From Gemmatimonadota bacterium (GTDB lineage: Bacteria; Gemmatimonadota; Gemmatimonadetes; Longimicrobiales; RSA9), in the NCBI GenBank assembly GCA_052389275.1, contig JBQTID010000004.1, forward strand, positions 581 to 64,580: 64,000 nt of DNA, read 5' to 3'. Below the pieces are notes generated by a model. It was not told where the DNA came from, ran no database searches, and saw only the letters and a program-made list of their open reading frames with translations. A program made the translations under genes and the position numbers. Numbering within the stretch: the first letter of the stretch is position 1; each line of letters opens with the position of its first letter. Of this stretch, positions 62,695-64,000 are shown piece by piece.

Positions 62695-64000
62695 GAAGAT
62701 TCATTCTCGGTACGGCCGGCCACATCGACCACGGCAAGACCGCGCTCGTGCACGCGCTCACCGGCGTGGATACCGATCGGCTGCCGGAAGAAAAGGCACG
62801 CGGTATAACCATCGATCTCGGCTTTGCCAGTCTTCAGCTTGGCGACCTGAGCTTCGGCGTCGTGGATGTGCCCGGACACGAGAACTTCATCCGCAACATG
62901 CTCGCGGGCGCTACCGGTATGGATGCGGTGCTTTTGGTCGTCGCCGCGGACGAGGGTGTAATGCCGCAGACGCGCGAGCACCTCGCGATTCTCGACTTGC
63001 TGGCTGTGCGCTCCGGTGTGGTCGCAATCACGAAGCTCGATCTCGTCAGCGATGAATGGAACGAGCTCGTTATCGACGAAGTGCGCGCCACGTTGCGCGG
63101 CACGTCACTCGCCCATGCGCCGATCGTGCCGGTGTCCGTCAGGAGTGGCGCCGGGCTCGACGAACTGCGCAGCGCAATCGTGCAGCAGGTAGTGACGCCG
63201 ATGGGGCGCGACGCGGACGACCTGTTCCGTTTGCCGATCGACCGCGCGTTCACGGTGCGCGGCACCGGTACCGTAGTCACGGGCACGGTTTGGAGCGGGG
63301 CAGTGAATGTGGATGAGACCATCGAGCTGGTACCAGCCGGCAGGAGTGCGCGCGTGCGCGGAGTTCAGGTGCATGGTGTGGCGGTCGCAAGCGCGCGCGC
63401 CGGCGAACGCGCGGCGCTGGCTATCACGGGCATAGACAGAAGCTCGGTCGCGCGCGGCGACGTGGCTGTAAGTGTGCACTGGCCCCGGGCGCGCATGCTG
63501 ACGGTTAGAGTGCGCGTGATCGAAGGCACGGATTGGTCGCTGAGGATGCGCCAGCGGGTACGCGTGCACCTCGGCACAGCGGAAGTGCTGGCGCGCGCAG
63601 TGCTGCTGGATGCGTCCGAGCTGCGTGCCGGTGAAAGTGGCTGGGTACAGCTGCGGCTGGAGCAGCCGCTGCTGGCGCGCACCGGTGACCGGGTTGTGCT
63701 GCGGTCTTATTCGCCCGTCACGACAATTGCCGGCGGAGTTGTGGCCGAGATCGCAGAGATCAAGCGGAATCGCCTGAGCTCGGCACCGGCGGCGAGATTC
63801 GCGTCGATCATCGACAGCACAGCGACCGATGCCGTGCGCGCCGTCCTGGACGAGCGTGGTGCGGCCGGCACGACAGCGGCGGACCTTGCCATCCACACGC
63901 CACATGCGCCCGCCGCGGTGGTTGCGGCGCTCGCAGCGCTTGGTGACGACGTGGTTCGCGTTGGCGATCGCAGCTTTTCGCGCGACGTCGTCGAAGGCAT
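62691..64000 (+). CDS. selB: selenocysteine-specific translation elongation factor SelB (3' end outside window; not in the supplied ORF track)
   Basis: ATG at 62691 overlaps the recO TGA (ATGA). My own translation gives [46 protein letters not shown]...[44 protein letters not shown]...ITKLDL. The frame is open to base 64000. Confidence 0.85.
   Translation, partial: MRRFILGTAGHIDHGKTALVHALTGVDTDRLPEEKARGITIDLGFASLQLGDLSFGVVDVPGHENFIRNMLAGATGMDAVLLVVAADEGVMPQTREHLAILDLLAVRSGVVAITKLDLVSDEWNELVIDEVRATLRGTSLAHAPIVPVSVRSGAGLDELRSAIVQQVVTPMGRDADDLFRLPIDRAFTVRGTGTVVTGTVWSGAVNVDETIELVPAGRSARVRGVQVHGVAVASARAGERAALAITGIDRSSVARGDVAVSVHWPRARMLTVRVRVIEGTDWSLRMRQRVRVHLGTAEVLARAVLLDASELRAGESGWVQLRLEQPLLARTGDRVVLRSYSPVTTIAGGVVAEIAEIKRNRLSSAPAARFASIIDSTATDAVRAVLDERGAAGTTAADLAIHTPHAPAAVVAALAALGDDVVRVGDRSFSRDVVEG

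Overview
GC-rich bacterial chromosomal window. G+C was judged by eye, not computed. The gene content (a SusC/SusD pair, HprK plus a mannose-type PTS, many membrane-anchored TolB_N-like/TPR proteins) is reminiscent of Gemmatimonadota/Acidobacteriota-type genomes, but that lineage call is inference only.

Most of the window is + strand housekeeping operons with heavy start/stop overlap:
- a SusC/SusD/DUF4397 outer-membrane locus (1-5.9 kb)
- an arginine cluster argR-argC-argB-argD-GNAT-argG-argH (6.4-13.0 kb)
- a pentose-phosphate block: split transketolase, class I aldolase, rpiA, rpe (13.8-18.0 kb)
- rnz-aroA-cmk-rpsA (30.6-35.6 kb)
- a propionyl-CoA carboxylase / methylmalonyl-CoA mutase operon with an embedded RNA methyltransferase (37.6-43.9 kb)
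- argS, a PfkB kinase, purM
- ribD-ribE-ribBA-ribH-nusB
- a glycosyltransferase
- hpf-hprK-EIIA/B/C/D(Man)-HPr-EI (53.8-59.5 kb)
- metK, a DUF151 nuclease, recO
- a 3'-truncated selB that the ORF track does not list

The one clearly accessory segment lies between rpe and tRNA-Leu(TAA), at about 18.0-30.2 kb, mostly on the minus strand. It contains:
- two type II toxin-antitoxin cassettes (RHH-MazF and Phd-VapC)
- two Uma2 endonuclease paralogues, one degraded
- an orphan ABC-type binding protein
- at least seven intact, truncated, nonsense-mutated, frameshifted or relic copies of one family of membrane-anchored TolB_N-like/TPR proteins; the full-length and N-terminal copies share a near-invariant N-terminal module
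- a frameshifted lipoprotein
- a 5' fragment of the tRNA-Leu gene

No integrase, transposase, CRISPR array or rRNA was seen.

Other structures worth a look:
- a low-GC GxxExxY (PD-(D/E)XK-type) gene bracketed by a 25/26-bp inverted repeat
- a family of GT-rich/CA-rich imperfect palindromes in intergenic regions
- a TGACYGG heptamer repeat
- an ARG-box-like palindrome overlapping the argC start codon

I found no compact, clearly novel multi-gene system. The best candidate for something undescribed is the constant-N/variable-C TolB_N-like/TPR array together with its upstream TPR and binding-protein genes. All functional calls rest on motif recognition by eye. No database search was run.
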